DNA of 64,000 bases from Phaeosaccion multiseriatum (Eukaryota > Protista > Ochrophyta, other classes): positions 806,001-870,000 of the forward strand of contig OZ218955.1 of NCBI GenBank assembly GCA_965112735.1, written 5' to 3'. A model generated the notes under the pieces. The model was not told the DNA's origin. It made no database searches and saw nothing but the letters and a program-made list of their open reading frames with translations. Below, piece by piece: positions 38,448 to 51,670 of the stretch. Numbering within the stretch: position 1 is the stretch's first letter; each line of letters opens with the position of its first letter. The translations under genes were made by a program, and so were the position numbers.

Positions 38448-40298
38448 CTCCGGCTTCAGAGAGGGAGGTTTGGAGTGGGCCGCCGAGTCATTTGCAAGCA
38501 AGGCCCTGCTGTCCTCGGTACATGGGTCCATCCGCCACGAGAGGCCGGGAGGGGGGAGCGCTGTGTTGCTTGTTGACTGATTGGTTATCACTCGTCGAGG
38601 TGGGTGCGGGCGGTGCTTGTAGTTTGTGCAGCTGCTTCCAGTCCCAGTGCGAGAGGAGACGCCCTGACCTATGAAGCTTCCCTTCTTCCCCACCCCGCCA
38701 CCCCACCGCTGACCACTGTCCTCGACCTACATGAAGAGGTGAACGGCTAGCTAAGGCCGCTCCAGGTCTCTGGCATCGCTCGGGATGGTGCATCATTCCT
38801 TGCCTTCCCCAGCCTCGGGAGGGGCCGGAGCTCAATCTCCCACATCCAAAGGAAGGGCAGGCCCAGGGCAGCAGGCAGGGAGGCAGGGAGGGAGGGGGAA
38901 GACAAGATGCCTGACTGCTGTCGTAGGCCTTGGGAAGGAGCAGACGATGGGGAGGGAGGGGGAGGGCCAAAGGAAAGGACGCTTTGTCCAAAGCGAGGAC
39001 GGCGACAGTCCCTCGCACTGCCCAAGGCTGAAGCCAGTCTGTTGGTCAGTCGCACACTCAGTAAAGTCAGTCCGCGTTGGCATCCCTCCTGGCCAAGGGT
39101 AGAGGAGGGAGGGAGGGAGGGAGGGAGGGAGGGAGGGAGGGAGGGAGTGTCCTTCCCCTCAGTCGCGCACGAGATGGACTTGCCTTTGGGGGGGAATCAT
39201 CTGATCAACTGACGTGGCTCCACGAGCTGAGGGTTGAGCCTGAAGAATGGTACAGTACCACGTGGAGAATCTTGATGAGTGGTTGCTTTATTTTATTTGC
39301 CCGAGCGCATTGCGAGCGCCTGCAAGCCGTTCAGCAGTGAAGTGGTGGCTCCCTTTCCATTATATCAGCTATACTATTCGTCTCCACAGTCTACTTTTGT
39401 GCATCTCCTTCAGCTAGTCAATGGCCTTTCTCGACACTTCAACAACGGTGCGATTTTTGCGGGTGGCAAGGCACAGCAGGTTGAGAAGGCGCTGGACTTA
39501 CTGAAGGAGATGCAAAAGTAAGGGCTAAAGCCCAATGCTTTCTCGTACAACGCTGTGATCAACCCTTGTGGCAAACCACCCACTGCAGTACGGATGGCGC
39601 TTGACTTGCTGAAGGACGAGATGCAGAGGCAGGACTTCCATTCAATGACTTATCGTACACAACTTGAACTGGCTGGGTTTTGGGGTGTCAGGCATCACCC
39701 CCGATGAAGTGTCGTACGGCTCTATGACTTCTGCCTATTGCAACGCGGGGGTTGGAGAGCACGAGAAGGCCATTGGCTTGCTGAAGAAGGTGCGCAGGGA
39801 AGGCCTTCAACCCGATGGCAGCTCATACAACTTGTGCCATTTCTGCGTGTACCAAGGCGGGCGCCCATGAGAATGCACTTGCCTTGCTGGAGGAGATACG
39901 GCTATAAAGGCTTCAGCCCGATGTATTCAGGTACTTTTCGAACAGCCAAGGCAAGGAAGAACAAGAGATGAGGGTCAACCCCAGCCCCCTCGTCTTCGTT
40001 GACTTCCAGCAGCGAAATCATCATGTCATACTGAATGTCATTTTGGAAACCTTCCACGTCGTAAGTATATCCAAAGACATGTCGGTAAGACCACCCGAGC
40101 GTGTGTGTTTGCTTCTGTCCATTTGTCCTACCTCGAAAAGGGACGACCAACCGATCAACAAGCAACACAGCGCTCCCCCCCTCCCGGCCTCTCGTGGCGG
40201 ATGGACCCATGTACCGAGGACAGCAGGGCCTTGCGGACGACTGCGACGACGACTCGGCGGCCCTCTCCAAACCTCCCTCTCTCTAAAATGAGCTGGAG
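38448..40298. mobile_element. Putative non-autonomous inverted-repeat element (~150-bp IRs at ~38448-38601 and ~40130-40298) carrying PPR gene fragments
   Basis: Left gcaaggccctgctgtcctcggtacatgggtccatccgccacgagaggccggga...gagcgctgtgttgcttgttga is the reverse complement of 40155-40235. No transposase ORF and no clear TSD seen. Confidence 0.6.
39330..39960 (+). pseudogene. Pentatricopeptide-repeat (PPR) pseudogene fragment
   Basis: KAQQVEKALDLLKEMQK*GLKPNAFSYNAVINPCGK, MALDLLKDEMQR, GITPDEVSYGSMTSAYCNAG..EKAIGLLKKVRREGLQPDGSSYN, ALALLEEIRL*RLQPDVF; contains in-frame stops and frameshifts. Confidence 0.85.
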
Positions 40299-40590
40299 CA
40301 TGTACTGTTGCTGACCTCCCGCCTAAATTTCGATGTCCACTCCTCCTCGTTTTCCCTCCCGGCATGTCCCGACTGGGAAATGGGTGATGGCCATGGCCAT
40401 GACCACTTCCAACAGTAGCAGCAGTACGACCAGCAGGAAGAATCGATTGAAACTGACTTAGGGACGCTTTTTCCTTGTGTCTCTAATGAAAAGTGAAGGC
40501 ACACAAGCATGCGTCTATCGGTCCCTTGATTGGTATCGTACCGTATCACCCTTTGGTAGCGCACTGAGGTCTACTTCGATGCACTGCAAA

Positions 40591-42620
40591 CTACTTGAAG
40601 GCGTCGATGAAGCTGTCCAGCTCGAGTGTGTGCCCTCCCTTGGCCGTCCCGAGGGGCACATGGTCGGGACGGAGAATGTCCACTATCAGCACCACGCGCT
40701 CTCCCGCCTGCCGCCCGTATGCCTTTTGCTGGCATTGGCCCTGGCCTTGACCCATGCAAGAGGAGTCTGGGGTCTCGTTGAAGGCGCGGTGCAGCTTAGA
40801 GTCGTCGAACACGAGCCACTCCTGCGGCCCAGCGTGGTGGGGGATGGTAGTGGATGGATGTAAGGAGAGAGGGGAGTGGTGGGAAGGAAGAAGGCCGCCG
40901 GGGGGTGGCAGTGGATGGATGGATGGACGGATGGAGGGAGGGAGGGAGGGAGGGGAGGGAAGGAGAGGGAAGGAAGAAGGCCGCCGGGGGATGGCAGTGG
41001 ATGGAGGGATGGGAGATGGAAGGCCGTGTGTGAGATTTGTGCAATACAGACATGCTGCTCATCCCTTTCTCTTCCCATGTACCTTCTCTCTGTGGAGCCT
41101 GTACTCGCCGTTGACCCACAAGCCGCAGTGATCTCCGGGGGGCACGATGAGGGGCAAGTGGCACCTCAGCACATGGTTGGCCAGCGAAGACCAGCCTCTG
41201 AAGAGTCAAAACAAGACATGCACGAAACAAGAAACGAAAATGAAAACGAAACGAAACAAGCACCACAACAAACGAACAAACAAACAAACAAGCAGGGAAT
41301 TGGTCAGGTAGGGGCGTGTGTATGAATGGGATGTGTATGAGCAGTTACGAGGGAGGGGCCTTGGCATCTACAATGTGAATGTCGCTTCCGTGAATACATT
41401 TATGCTTAAACGTCTGCCCCACAAGATGCGTGTACTTGGATGGAGAGAGGGACACACGAGGACTCAACAGAGGTGCACGCACGCACACACGTGCACGCGC
41501 ACACACACACGCACACACACAGAGAGACACACACACACTCAGTCATGTACCCCAGAAAAGGGGATGACGCACTCTCTAGCGCGAGCGGATCAGCCCCCCT
41601 CCCCCCTCCCTCCCCTGCCCTCCAAATGTTATCGGGAAATTTCTTTCCCCAATTCGTAACCGCCTATCATCCCGCTTTGTACGTAAGCTTGCATGCATAC
41701 ACACACATACATACTTACATACATGCATGCATACATTCATACATACATACATACATACATGCATACATACATACATACATACATACATACATACATACAT
41801 ACATACATACATGCATGCATACATTCATACATACATACACAGACCGTACCTGTGTCCGGAGATACGTGTGTTGGTGCCCAGCCTGGAGAAGAGGGCGGTT
41901 CTGACACCCGGTATGTCTCTGAGCAGCGCCGCTGTGGCGGGGCACCTTTCACAGCACTTGCCTATCCAAGTGGTCTTGGAGGGATCGTAGGCAGGGAAGG
42001 TGTGTACCTGGTGTCAGCGAGGGCAGGAGGGAGGTATATAAGGGGGTGGTGGAATGGGAGAGGGAGGGGGAGGGGTGTGTGAGAGAGGGGGTGAGGTAGG
42101 GGGAGGAAAGAGAGAAGAGGGAGATGGGGAGAGAGAGACAACAGAGAGATGGGGAGAGACGGAGCAAGGGGGTCAGGGGTGGGGAGAAGAGAAGAGGGAA
42201 AGGGACTTAGACAGAACAACACAAAAGCGCCATGCAGTACTTCGGGGAAGGCAAGACTGAGAGACTGAGCGAAGGAGCGAGAGAGGGAGAGAGGGAGGGA
42301 GGGGAAGGGGCGGTGACGACAACTGTTAAGCACGACGGGGCGGCCATCATGGTCGAGCAGAGTCGAGCAGCACAGAGTAGTGAGTGACAACAGCAAGTGG
42401 TAGAGGAGAGCGGCGCAGAGCACAGCAGAGCAGTGACAAGAGCACTCACAAATGGGAACACCTTCCAGTCCTCGTTTCCTCCGTCCTTGTAGTGGCTCTC
42501 CGGCCAAGGTTTCCAGTCCGCGATGTCTATCGCCTCTCTCTGCACAGCCTCGATGTTGGCGAGGAGCTTGGAAAGGAAGGGAAACAGTGGCTCCCAGGAG
42601 TAGAAGCTCGGAGCCACCAT
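40591..42620 (-). CDS. Aspartyl/asparaginyl beta-hydroxylase-domain 2OG-Fe(II) dioxygenase (multi-exon; 5' end uncertain)
   Basis: WKPWPESHY..DWKVFPF, CPATAALLRDIPGVRTALFSRLGTNTRISGH, LANHVLRCHLPLIVP, CGLWV, VFDDSKLHRAFN, RVVLIVDILRP. Confidence 0.88.
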
Positions 42621-42817
42621 AGCTGGGATATAGGGGGGGGGGGGGGGGGAGGCGGGCACAGGATGTGACACGATAGGAATGGGGAGAGGAGGTGGAGAAG
42701 GGCAATGGGGGAGAAAGTAAGAGGAGGAGGCAGGGTCATGATGTCGATCAGAGTACATCAATCATGGAGGATGGAGGGAAACAGCTGGCCCACACGCGAG
42801 CAAGCTAGCGGTCATGG

Positions 42818-44720
42818 TCAAAGGATCGCTCCTCTTCCCCCCTGGTAACAAGCGACCTCCTCCTCCTCATCATCATCATCCTCCTCCTCCTCCTCCTCCT
42901 CCTCCTCCTCCTCCAGGAAGCCAACGATTGAGTAGAGTACACGCTGCTGCTGCTGAGGTGTATCTCTTACAGCTACTGCTGTTGCTACTGCTGTTGCTAC
43001 TGGTGTTGCTACTGCTGTAGCTACTGGTGTTGCTACTGGTGTTGCTACTGGTGTTGCTACTGCTGTTGCTGGCCCGTCTAGAGTGCACCCCCCTCTGTCC
43101 TTACCTGCTTGGAGGAGAGTCTCTCTCGGCAGCTGCAGGTGCTCACAGAGCCGCCTGCCCCCCCCTAACTGCTGCTGCTGCCCTACGCCCCTGCTGCATG
43201 AATAGCACGCCAGATTTGAGGCCTTCACAGAAGCAGCCCCCTGATAGGACGAACGATACTCTCGCGTCTCTCCTCTCTCTACCGTATCACCACTCTGCCC
43301 CCCTGCATCGCCGGGCTGCCCCTCCTTCTCCTTCTCCTCCTCCGGCGGCGATTGCTGTAGCCTGGCGTCGCCTAGAGCCCTCAGCACGTACAGCACGTAC
43401 ACGGGCTCCCCTTCCACCCCCCCGGGCTTATCATCGTCCTCCTGCCCCTCCCGACCGCCTTGCTCTACCAGCGTCATGCCTCCCTGTTTTGCCGTCAACT
43501 GTTCCATCTCATGAGATCCGGGGGGGGCAGGAAGCCCTGGCAGGTCATCGACTGCACATCCGCTGCTGGTGCTGCTGGTGCTGCTGGTGCTGCTGGTGCT
43601 GCTACTATTACTACTACCAATACTACTACTGCTGTTGTTACCGCTGTTGTTGCTGCTTCTGCTACTAGTGCTACTACTTCGGAGGCAGTGGGAGACCAGG
43701 TCATTCTGCCATCGCAAGAGCTTGCTGCGAGGAATGCCGAGCGGCGTCGCCGCCGAGCGCTCTTCGAAGCCGGCCTAGAGTGGACGGAGGGACATACAAA
43801 GGACGGAAGACGATGGGAAACTTGGTGATGAAATAGGGGGACAGAGGGACTGACGAAGGATGGGATGAGAGAGACGCAAGTGGAGGGAGAAAGGCGGTGA
43901 AAGTCCCGCACACGTATGGGTAAAACACCCTCCCTCCATCTCCCCCCTCCCCCTTCCCTTCCTTCCCTCCTCCGCTATGTGCCTCCCTCCTCGCTTCACT
44001 GACGTACCAGCTCCAGCGATTTTTCATCCGCAAGGGGTGTATGGTCGGGCGATATGCACAGGAGCAGCCCCCCCCTCCTCAAGCTTCGACGGACTTCCTC
44101 GTAGGCAAACCCCACGTCATCGCCAGAGTCATCCCACACCACCAATACGTCCAGACACCCATCACGCACGGGCACTCCATTGAGTTTTCGCGCGTTTACA
44201 ACCTGGCCTTTCCTCCTTTCTGCTGGGCATGTCGTCGTGTCCGATGCTTGCCCGCTCGCGCCACTCCCATCAGAAGATATGGCGCTACGACCGGGCCTAG
44301 CACGGTGCTGGGGAGACATCGTCTGGAGAAACCCCATGCGGTAGCCGCTTGTCGTGGGCGGCTCTCCTCCTGCCAACAGGGTGGGAGGGACTTTCACAGC
44401 CAGGAGAATGTGCTGGATGACCTCTGCTGAGACACCCCCAGTGAACCACTGAGAAGGAGGAGAGCAGAAGAGAGACCAGAGCAGGAGAAGATACACCAAT
44501 GCGATAAGAAACAGCAACTTTAATAGCAGCGAGGCCAATAGAGCGAACGCTTACTGCCTCACCTCTCCTCCCCCCTCCTTCCCTCTCCCCTAATAGACTG
44601 CCACGGTACCTCCTTCAAGCCGCCCATATAGAAGCGGTAGGTAGGGCATGCCACTAATGCTGCCGCTGCTTCCTCCTCCGCGTGTCTGTCGGCTTCTTCG
44701 AGCGCACCTTGCTGCCCGAC
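42818..44720 (-). CDS. Hypothetical protein with weak methyltransferase-like segments and VATP/poly-E repeats; boundaries uncertain
   Basis: Exon-like peptides PTYRFYMGGLKEVPWQ, VRDGCLDVLVVW..AYEEVRRSLRRGGLLLCI..LEL|AGFEE, continuing into ORF 42818..43717. Confidence 0.45.
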
Positions 44721-45544
44721 TGAGGATAAGGGAATGGAAGAGGCAGGGGGAAAAAATAAACACGGGGGATAAGAGAGAAGTGGGGGGACAGTCAAGAGCA
44801 CACATGGGCCTAACCTTCTCCATGCTTCCCCGCCTTCCCCTTCTCTCTCCCCCTCTTCTTCATATTTTGCGGATCGCTCGTCTCTGACCATCTGTGAGTC
44901 CCGAGAACTGAAGCACCACATCCATGGAAATCCTTTGTTTTCCCCCGGGGTCCACTTCCTGAGGCCAGAGAGCTGGCGCAGAGCTACACAGAAGGAATGG
45001 GCGGCCCTTCTGGTGCTCCGGTGACTGCTCTCACGGTGCTGGAGAGCCTCACCAACCTTCGCAACGAGGTGGAAACAGCCGAGGTTGGTGAAAGACTGGA
45101 ACGAACAAGCTAAGCGCGGCGGAGGTGTTGCTTCTCTCGCTTCTCGCTCTCCCTTACTGTAAGAGTGGTCTCTCTCTGCATTTCTCATAGTCTTATCGCT
45201 GCCGACTTCTTTAGGCAGCTGCTCGCTACTGACGACTTCTGCCCCCGCACTCCTCACCGCCTCTCCCCTACACAACAATCAAGGCCGAAGTCCAGCAGCA
45301 ACACCAGACGGTAGGTGTTTCTTGTAGTGCGTGTGCGAAGACCCTTTGCGAGAAAGGCTCATACGATCAGCCATCTGAGTCTTCCTCTGTTCTTTTCGCT
45401 TCAGTGTGTGGGGATCGCGGGATGTTGTACTACAGACGACGCGAGATGTTGTACCACCGACGAGGCGGGCGTCGGGCTTAGTCGCGTGCGTAGCCTAAGC
45501 TTGTCACTCCCGTGCGTGAACTGTGGTGCCTCTGTTTCCTTAAG

Positions 45545-47540
45545 AATCAGCAGTTGAAAGACCAATTGGAGCATCTGCGAACAGGCGCAGACCGCCTCCG
45601 CCAGACCATCGTGGAGAGCCGCAGGAGGAAGGTGCGAGGCGGAGTAGGCGGGGAAAGGCAGCGAGCGGTAACACTCACGAGTGGGGAGAGGGAGGGAGGG
45701 AGGGCGGAAGACTGGGTGTGGGCGGAAGACTGAGCGAGCCAACTGCAGGAGCCAGTGCATGCTCTGCATGACCGTGGCGAGGCCTCTGAAGCAGTGACTA
45801 CCGCAAGGGGACCTAATCACGCTGTGGAGGGCTAGGACTGCCTTCCGACCGGCGCCAATTCTTTCCGCCCCCACCCCCACTCACTTACTCCCCTATACGA
45901 CTCACTCAACTCACTGTGCCGTGAACCTTCGTAGGAGGGCTTGCAAGAGCTTGGGGTGGAGGGTTGTGGGGACACCACCCGCGTCGAGCAGCGGAAGGGC
46001 GTCATCGCACGGCAGATCGACGCCATACAGAGCGAGCACAGCGAACGGTTGAGTCACGTCGACGAAATCGTGGACAGGTGGGTGCGTGTGTGTGTGGGGT
46101 TGCTGCGTGGGTGTGTTCGGGACTTGAATGAGCCCCAGCCAAGGCAGGCTTGGTACTGACTAATGACTCCTTTTCACGAGTGCGCCAAGGACACAGTGAC
46201 GCGTTGCCTGGATGGACCAAGGCGGCCACTGCATGCGACACTTAACGCTCGATCTGCCCACCTACCCACTCGCTACACGCGCTGCTCCATCCGCCTCGAT
46301 CTCTCGCGTGCCCTGTGTGACGCTTTCGGGCTGACCTGGGGTGCCTGCAGCTTTGTGGGCAAGGGAGAGACGTTTCGAGCGGGCGCGCAGTCGGCGTGTC
46401 GCAGGCTGGTGAGCAAGCGAGAAAGGCTCATGCTCAAGGAGGCCGCTCTGCACAAGGGCCGGGCCAAGCTCTGCAGTGCGGAGAGCGAGGTCAGCCACGC
46501 ACAGGAGTTTTTGGACGAGGTAAGTGAGTGTGTGTTCGACAGACAGATGCATCGAAGATCACGGGTTCACGTGTGTATGTGTGTATGTGTGTGTGCGTGT
46601 GTGTGCGCGTGGCAATGCTCTGTGCAGGTGCAAGCGGAGCTGATTGCGCGGAAGGTAGAGGCCCGCGAGAGAGCGTCGAAGCTGAGCCGCCTGGACAAGA
46701 GCAGAAGGGCCGCGCAGAGGGAGTGCGAAGACCTTCGGAGAGAGGTGGCGGCCGTGGAAGAGAGCAACGAGGAGCTCAGGGCAGTGGGAGATGCCCTCGC
46801 CAAGGAGAACGCAGGTGAGGATCAGGAGGGCGCGGCTTACGAGGGGCGAACGACTCGGCGAGTGCGTGGGGTAAATCAGTGGCGATCGTTTGCAGTGTCT
46901 CGCGGCTAGCGATACGCACGAATACTCACGCACGCACACACACACGCACGAGAAGCTCTCGCCACATCGTGTTTATTCCTCACGATGCCCTCCCGGACCC
47001 CTCTCTCTCTCGCTGCATTGCCTGGGCCGTCTGGCACACTCCGGGCTGCCGTGCAGTCCTGGCCAACGAGCTGAGGAACCTGGAGAGGGCAGAGGCGAGA
47101 GCGACTCTCGAACGAGGAGGGGGTGTAGCAGGGGTGGAGGGGGAGGAATTGCGGCACCACCAAGAACAGCACCAGGAAGAGCCCCGGCAGCAGCGGCAGC
47201 AGGAGCAGCAGCAGCCGTCTCGCGATAGCTACGAGTCCCTCTCTCCACCCTTGCCGTCACCCTTGTCCTTCTACGACCTCGGAGGAGGAGGCGGCGAGGG
47301 GCTGGAGGATGAGGATGAGGAAGAGCTGGACGACTTCCCAGACGAACAGAGAGAGGACTCCGGCTTCTCTCGGGCAGCTGCCCCCAACACGGCCTTTCCC
47401 ACGCGAGGAGTGGACCCCCCCTCATCCCGCCGCTCGCAGCAGCGCCTGCACGGCAGCGCCACGCAGCACGGCAACCCTTACGGGCAATCGGCTCCCACGG
47501 ATTGGCGCAGAGAGAGTCGCAGCACACCCCTCCCTCGGTC

Positions 47541-47575
<35 letters not shown>

Positions 47576-47610
47576 CCTCGGCTTCTTCGAGGTTCCATCA
47601 CCACCTGTGA
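45545..47610 (+). CDS. Uncharacterised coiled-coil protein (multi-exon; start not resolved)
   Basis: Heptad-like exons NQQLKDQLEHLRTGADRLRQTIVE, IARQIDAIQSEHSERL, VQAELIARKVEARERASKLSRLDK..EELRAVGDALAKENA, VLANELRNLE, separated by GT-AG introns. Confidence 0.6.
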
Positions 47611-48084
47611 CAGGGGTAGGGCTGAAGCTCAATCTCCAGCCCTGTTGTTGCTCAGTCAGCATGTTGGAAAAGTACGCCAGTGGCTGAGGTGCGGTCGGCC
47701 GCTCTCCTCGGCCGCTCTTTGCTGAATGGGGGTGAGCAGGGGGGGGGCAGGGAGGGGCGGCAACCTTTGACACGATGCTCGCTCGGGCGGAAAGCGAAGC
47801 GCTGGGAGTGTGGACTGGGCTAGTCTTCTCTCTGGGAAAGAAGGGGAGGGGATTCACCGCTGGCTAGGACACGCCGCACGAGTAGTTAAGGAGGCTTAGG
47901 GATCGCTCTCGCACACATTGTAAATGAACGTACAAGAGAAAACATGTGAGCTTGGTGTTGCTGTGAGCTGAGGGAAAAGCTCCCAGTGTTGGCCGAGATG
48001 AACCTTTTCGGACTTGGGTCTCCCGCCCCCCAAACACCCCCCCCTTGCGAACCCTTCAGTTATTCATCCCATCATTTCCCACCC

Positions 48085-48305
48085 CTCTTGCTTGAGTCCA
48101 TACTTGAGTCCTTCCTTTAATCCTTACTTGAGTCCTTACTTGAGTCCCTGCTTGAGTCTTTGGAGTCCTTGCTTGAGGCCTTCCAAGTGGGAGCCTTGGC
48201 CTTGCGAGTGGGAGCCTTCCAAGTGGGAGCCTTGGTGGCCTTGGGAGCGGGAGCCTTCCAAGCGGGAGCCTTGGCGGCCTTGGGGGTGGGCGCCTTAGGG
48301 GCCTT
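48085..48305. repeat. Composite minisatellite (cttgagtc / gggagccttcc units); reads as KAPx and DSSK repeats on the minus strand
   Basis: Directly visible; overlaps ORF 48117..48362. Confidence 0.75.
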
Positions 48306-48740
48306 GTTATGTGGGGGGGGTGCGAGGAAGAGCAAGGCTAATTCGCCATGCCCCACCTTCACCGAACGGAGGCTCTTCCTGGTGGCAGAGGGAGGTGCGG
48401 CTACTGCCTTTGCCGTCGACCCAAATCACCGGCAAGGAAACACTGTTTGTCGATCGCCGGAGCTCGGAAATTAAAAAAGCGCATCACTTCTCTGAGCCGT
48501 CATGGTACTATGTGAACCCTTTTCACCTACAGGAGTTTGGGCATCCTCGGCCCACTTCCATATAAATTCTTTCCTTTTCGAGAGTGTGAAAGGAAAGGCC
48601 GCGACAGAGGCGCAGCGAAAGCCCCCCCCCTCGCTCTTAGAACATCAAGCCTGGGGAAGGAGGGTAGAGTCTTGCGTCGGGGAAAGGGGGGCTGCTTGGA
48701 TCCCCCCCCTCCCAAATTGGCAGGCTCTCTCGTCCTTAGC

Positions 48741-50138
48741 ATGGAGCGGGCGGTATCCCCCGAGGTAAGAGCTGAGTGGACATAGATGGTCGGTCGCTCC
48801 TTTATACGAGAGAGTGTTGCTATCTCATGCTAGCAGGAAGACAGCTGTGCATAGGAGAGCCCGCCCCGCTCCTTCACCAGCCAAAGCATGCTGCGAGACG
48901 GAAGCCTCTGAGCCGGGGGGGAGCATTTCGATGCAGCCGAGGCGAATCGCATCGATCTCAAGCCCTTCCAATGGTACCTCTCTCGCTGCTCCCTCGGAAC
49001 CCATACCCATACGTCTGCTTACCGCCAGGCGTGGCGACTCTACCAGGCTTTGGAGAGAAGGGAGAGCTTCTTAGCCGTGAAAGCGCTGGTTCGGAACCTA
49101 ATTGCCAAGCACGGGAAAGCAAGCTTGGACCAGTTTATCGACGAACAAGGCGACACCGCTATGGTTTGGGCGGCTGTGTACGGCCGGCTTGATGTCGTGG
49201 AGCTTCTGCTGCAGGAAGGGGCCTCCTGTAGCAAGCGATCGAAGGGAGACACGCCGCTGATAGGAGCTTGTGGATACGGGCATGACCAGGTGGTGAGACG
49301 GCTGCTTGACGCTGGAGCCGCTGTCGACCAAGCGAATCTCTCTGGGACGACTCCTTTGAGCTGCTCGTCCGAGATGGGACATTCGGCAATAGTGCAGCAG
49401 CTGCTCTCAAGGCATGCGAGTGTCAACAAAGCCAATATGCATGGGCGGACCCCGGTTTTATTTGCCTCTCAGAACGGGCATGCTTCTGTGGTAGCGCAGC
49501 TCATTTCCGCCCAAGCAGATGTGAACAAGGGAGACACTACCGGAAGGACTCCGCTCATGCAGGCGTCGCTAAGCGGGCATGGCAGGGTGGTGAAGCAGCT
49601 CATCAGGGCCCGCGCCAAGATCGGAATGGCCGATATCAATGGCCACACTCCTCTGCATAGTGCCGCTCAGCATGGGCACGAGGCAGTGATGGAGCAGCTT
49701 ATCTCTGCGGGAGCACAGGTGGACGCAGTGGCCAACAGTGGTGCAACACCTCTCTACCTCGCTGCCCAGAATGGGCACGAGGAAGCCGTCACTCGACTCA
49801 TCTCTGCCGGATCTCCGATCGATGGCCAGAGGTCTAACGGCATGACTCCTCTGTGTGCCGCCATCTTTTATAGCCGCCACGGTACTGTGCGGCAGCTCCT
49901 TTCGGCCGATGCCTCAGTGGACAAGGCCTTGGCTGGGGCACGGCGGAGTAAGCTGGGCCCAGAGACTGAGCAGCGAATCAAGGACGAGGCAACGGCCTTC
50001 TTTAGATCCCAAAGCGCATTGGACCTGATGCAGAGGACCGACCCGACGTTCGCCAAGGAAGGCGGGAAGCTGCCACTGAAGAGGCCCTGGAGCGTGAGCA
50101 GCGAGGCGTGGGAGAGCATGGCGGAGGAAATGCCCTAG
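48741..50138 (+). CDS. Ankyrin-repeat protein, paralog B (8 repeats); join(48741..48764,49029..50138)
   Basis: Exon 1 MERAVSPE|GTAAG; in-frame acceptor at 49028; eight ankyrin repeats; same C-terminal tail as paralog A. Confidence 0.9.
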
Positions 50139-51670
50139 AAGCTCTGAGCAGATGCGAAAGGAGGGGGAGCAATGCCGACTCCGACACGCACGCTCTCGCT
50201 AGTCAGGTAGCCCACGCGAGGGTGCATATCAAGATGCGATGCGAGAGAGGCGCCGCCTGTTGGCAGATGCAAAGCGAGCTGATGGGAAGGATTTTGGGAG
50301 CGAAGCAAGCAACAAGGGAAGGAATGATGGAGTGTGCAAGTTTTCTAGAGAGGCGCAGCAAGAGCTTGGTGGGCGGGTGGGCGTCGTGCCAGCTCGCGTA
50401 GCGGAGGAGAGGAGTTGACGAGGGGAGGGGCCGGCAGGCCAAGCAGTTTGATTTTAGGCTGGTCATGCTTGGCCTTCTCTCGGTGAAATGTGCGGGTGCA
50501 GCCAGCATTCGTCTCAGGCTGCTCCTGGAGAACGCGAACAATGCCCTTGTTCGCTCAGCACACAATAGTAGCATGCATGGCCAGGCGAAGAGGGGTTTGT
50601 GATTGTGAGGAGGCAGCCAGTCCAGCCACAGGCAAAGCCGCGCTCGGCGAGGCAGTGCGTGCAGAAGCTCTGCTGCGCAGTCGAGACGAACGTCATATAA
50701 GATCTGAGAAGGTCCAGCCGGTATCCTCGGTTCGAAGGGATAGGAGCGAGGGGAGGGAGGGGAGGAGGTGTTTTTTATTTATTTAAAATGCAAGCTCCCG
50801 ACGAGTCGTCGAGCAGTCGTCGGTCTAGCGGTACATTCCATCTTGCTTGTGGCTGGGGCGAGAGTGAGACTTTCGAGTGGACTCGCTCTGCCTCTGACAG
50901 ATATCCACACTTGGCACAGGATCAGCTCCATGCACGCCTAGTGGCCTAGCTAGGCCTATTTTGGAAATTTGTCCGCGGCCTAGCTAGAGCCCTCAGGGGG
51001 GGGGATTGCCCTTGGGCTGGCTGGCTCATCCCCCCCGCCCCCCCCCCCTACTATAGATATACTCTTCTGCCTCTCTCTGCCTAGCTCGGCCGCTTCGCCC
51101 TCCCTCCTCCACCCCGGGGCCCAGCCACCACCTCTGCTCTGAGCGCCCCTCCCCCCTCTGGTCGCCCTGCAGCGCTATGAAGCCGTCCAGCCCGGAGTAG
51201 ACTAGCTACTATGTACGCAGCGTGCACAGATCCGTGTCGTCCCTTTCCTTCTCGCCTGCCTTGTGAAGAGTGCATGCCTACAGATGTGCTGCTGCCACTG
51301 GCTGGGTGTCGATGGGCGGGTGGCGCCACGTCACGCACGCGCCCGCCGTAATAGAGGAGGCTGCCTACTACCTGGCCTATTGTAGGACTAAAAAGTGAGC
51401 GGCCGAGAGCGGTCGGAGACCGCCCGGCCTACGCCTACATCGGCCGAAGGCCCCCGAGCAGCCTTTAGCGGAGGGGCTCAATACAATAAAATAAAAACCC
51501 GCTGGCGGTCAAGAAAAAGGAAAAGGAATGGAAGAGGGAAATTAAATGCCATCTGTGAACTCCCCCCGGCCCCCAAAAACGCGCGTTCTATCCTTTCATT
51601 TCGAGAGCGGTTCGAAGTTGAAAAAGACAGCTAGCGAGCCTGAAGAAGGGCAGGAAGTCAACCCGTGACC

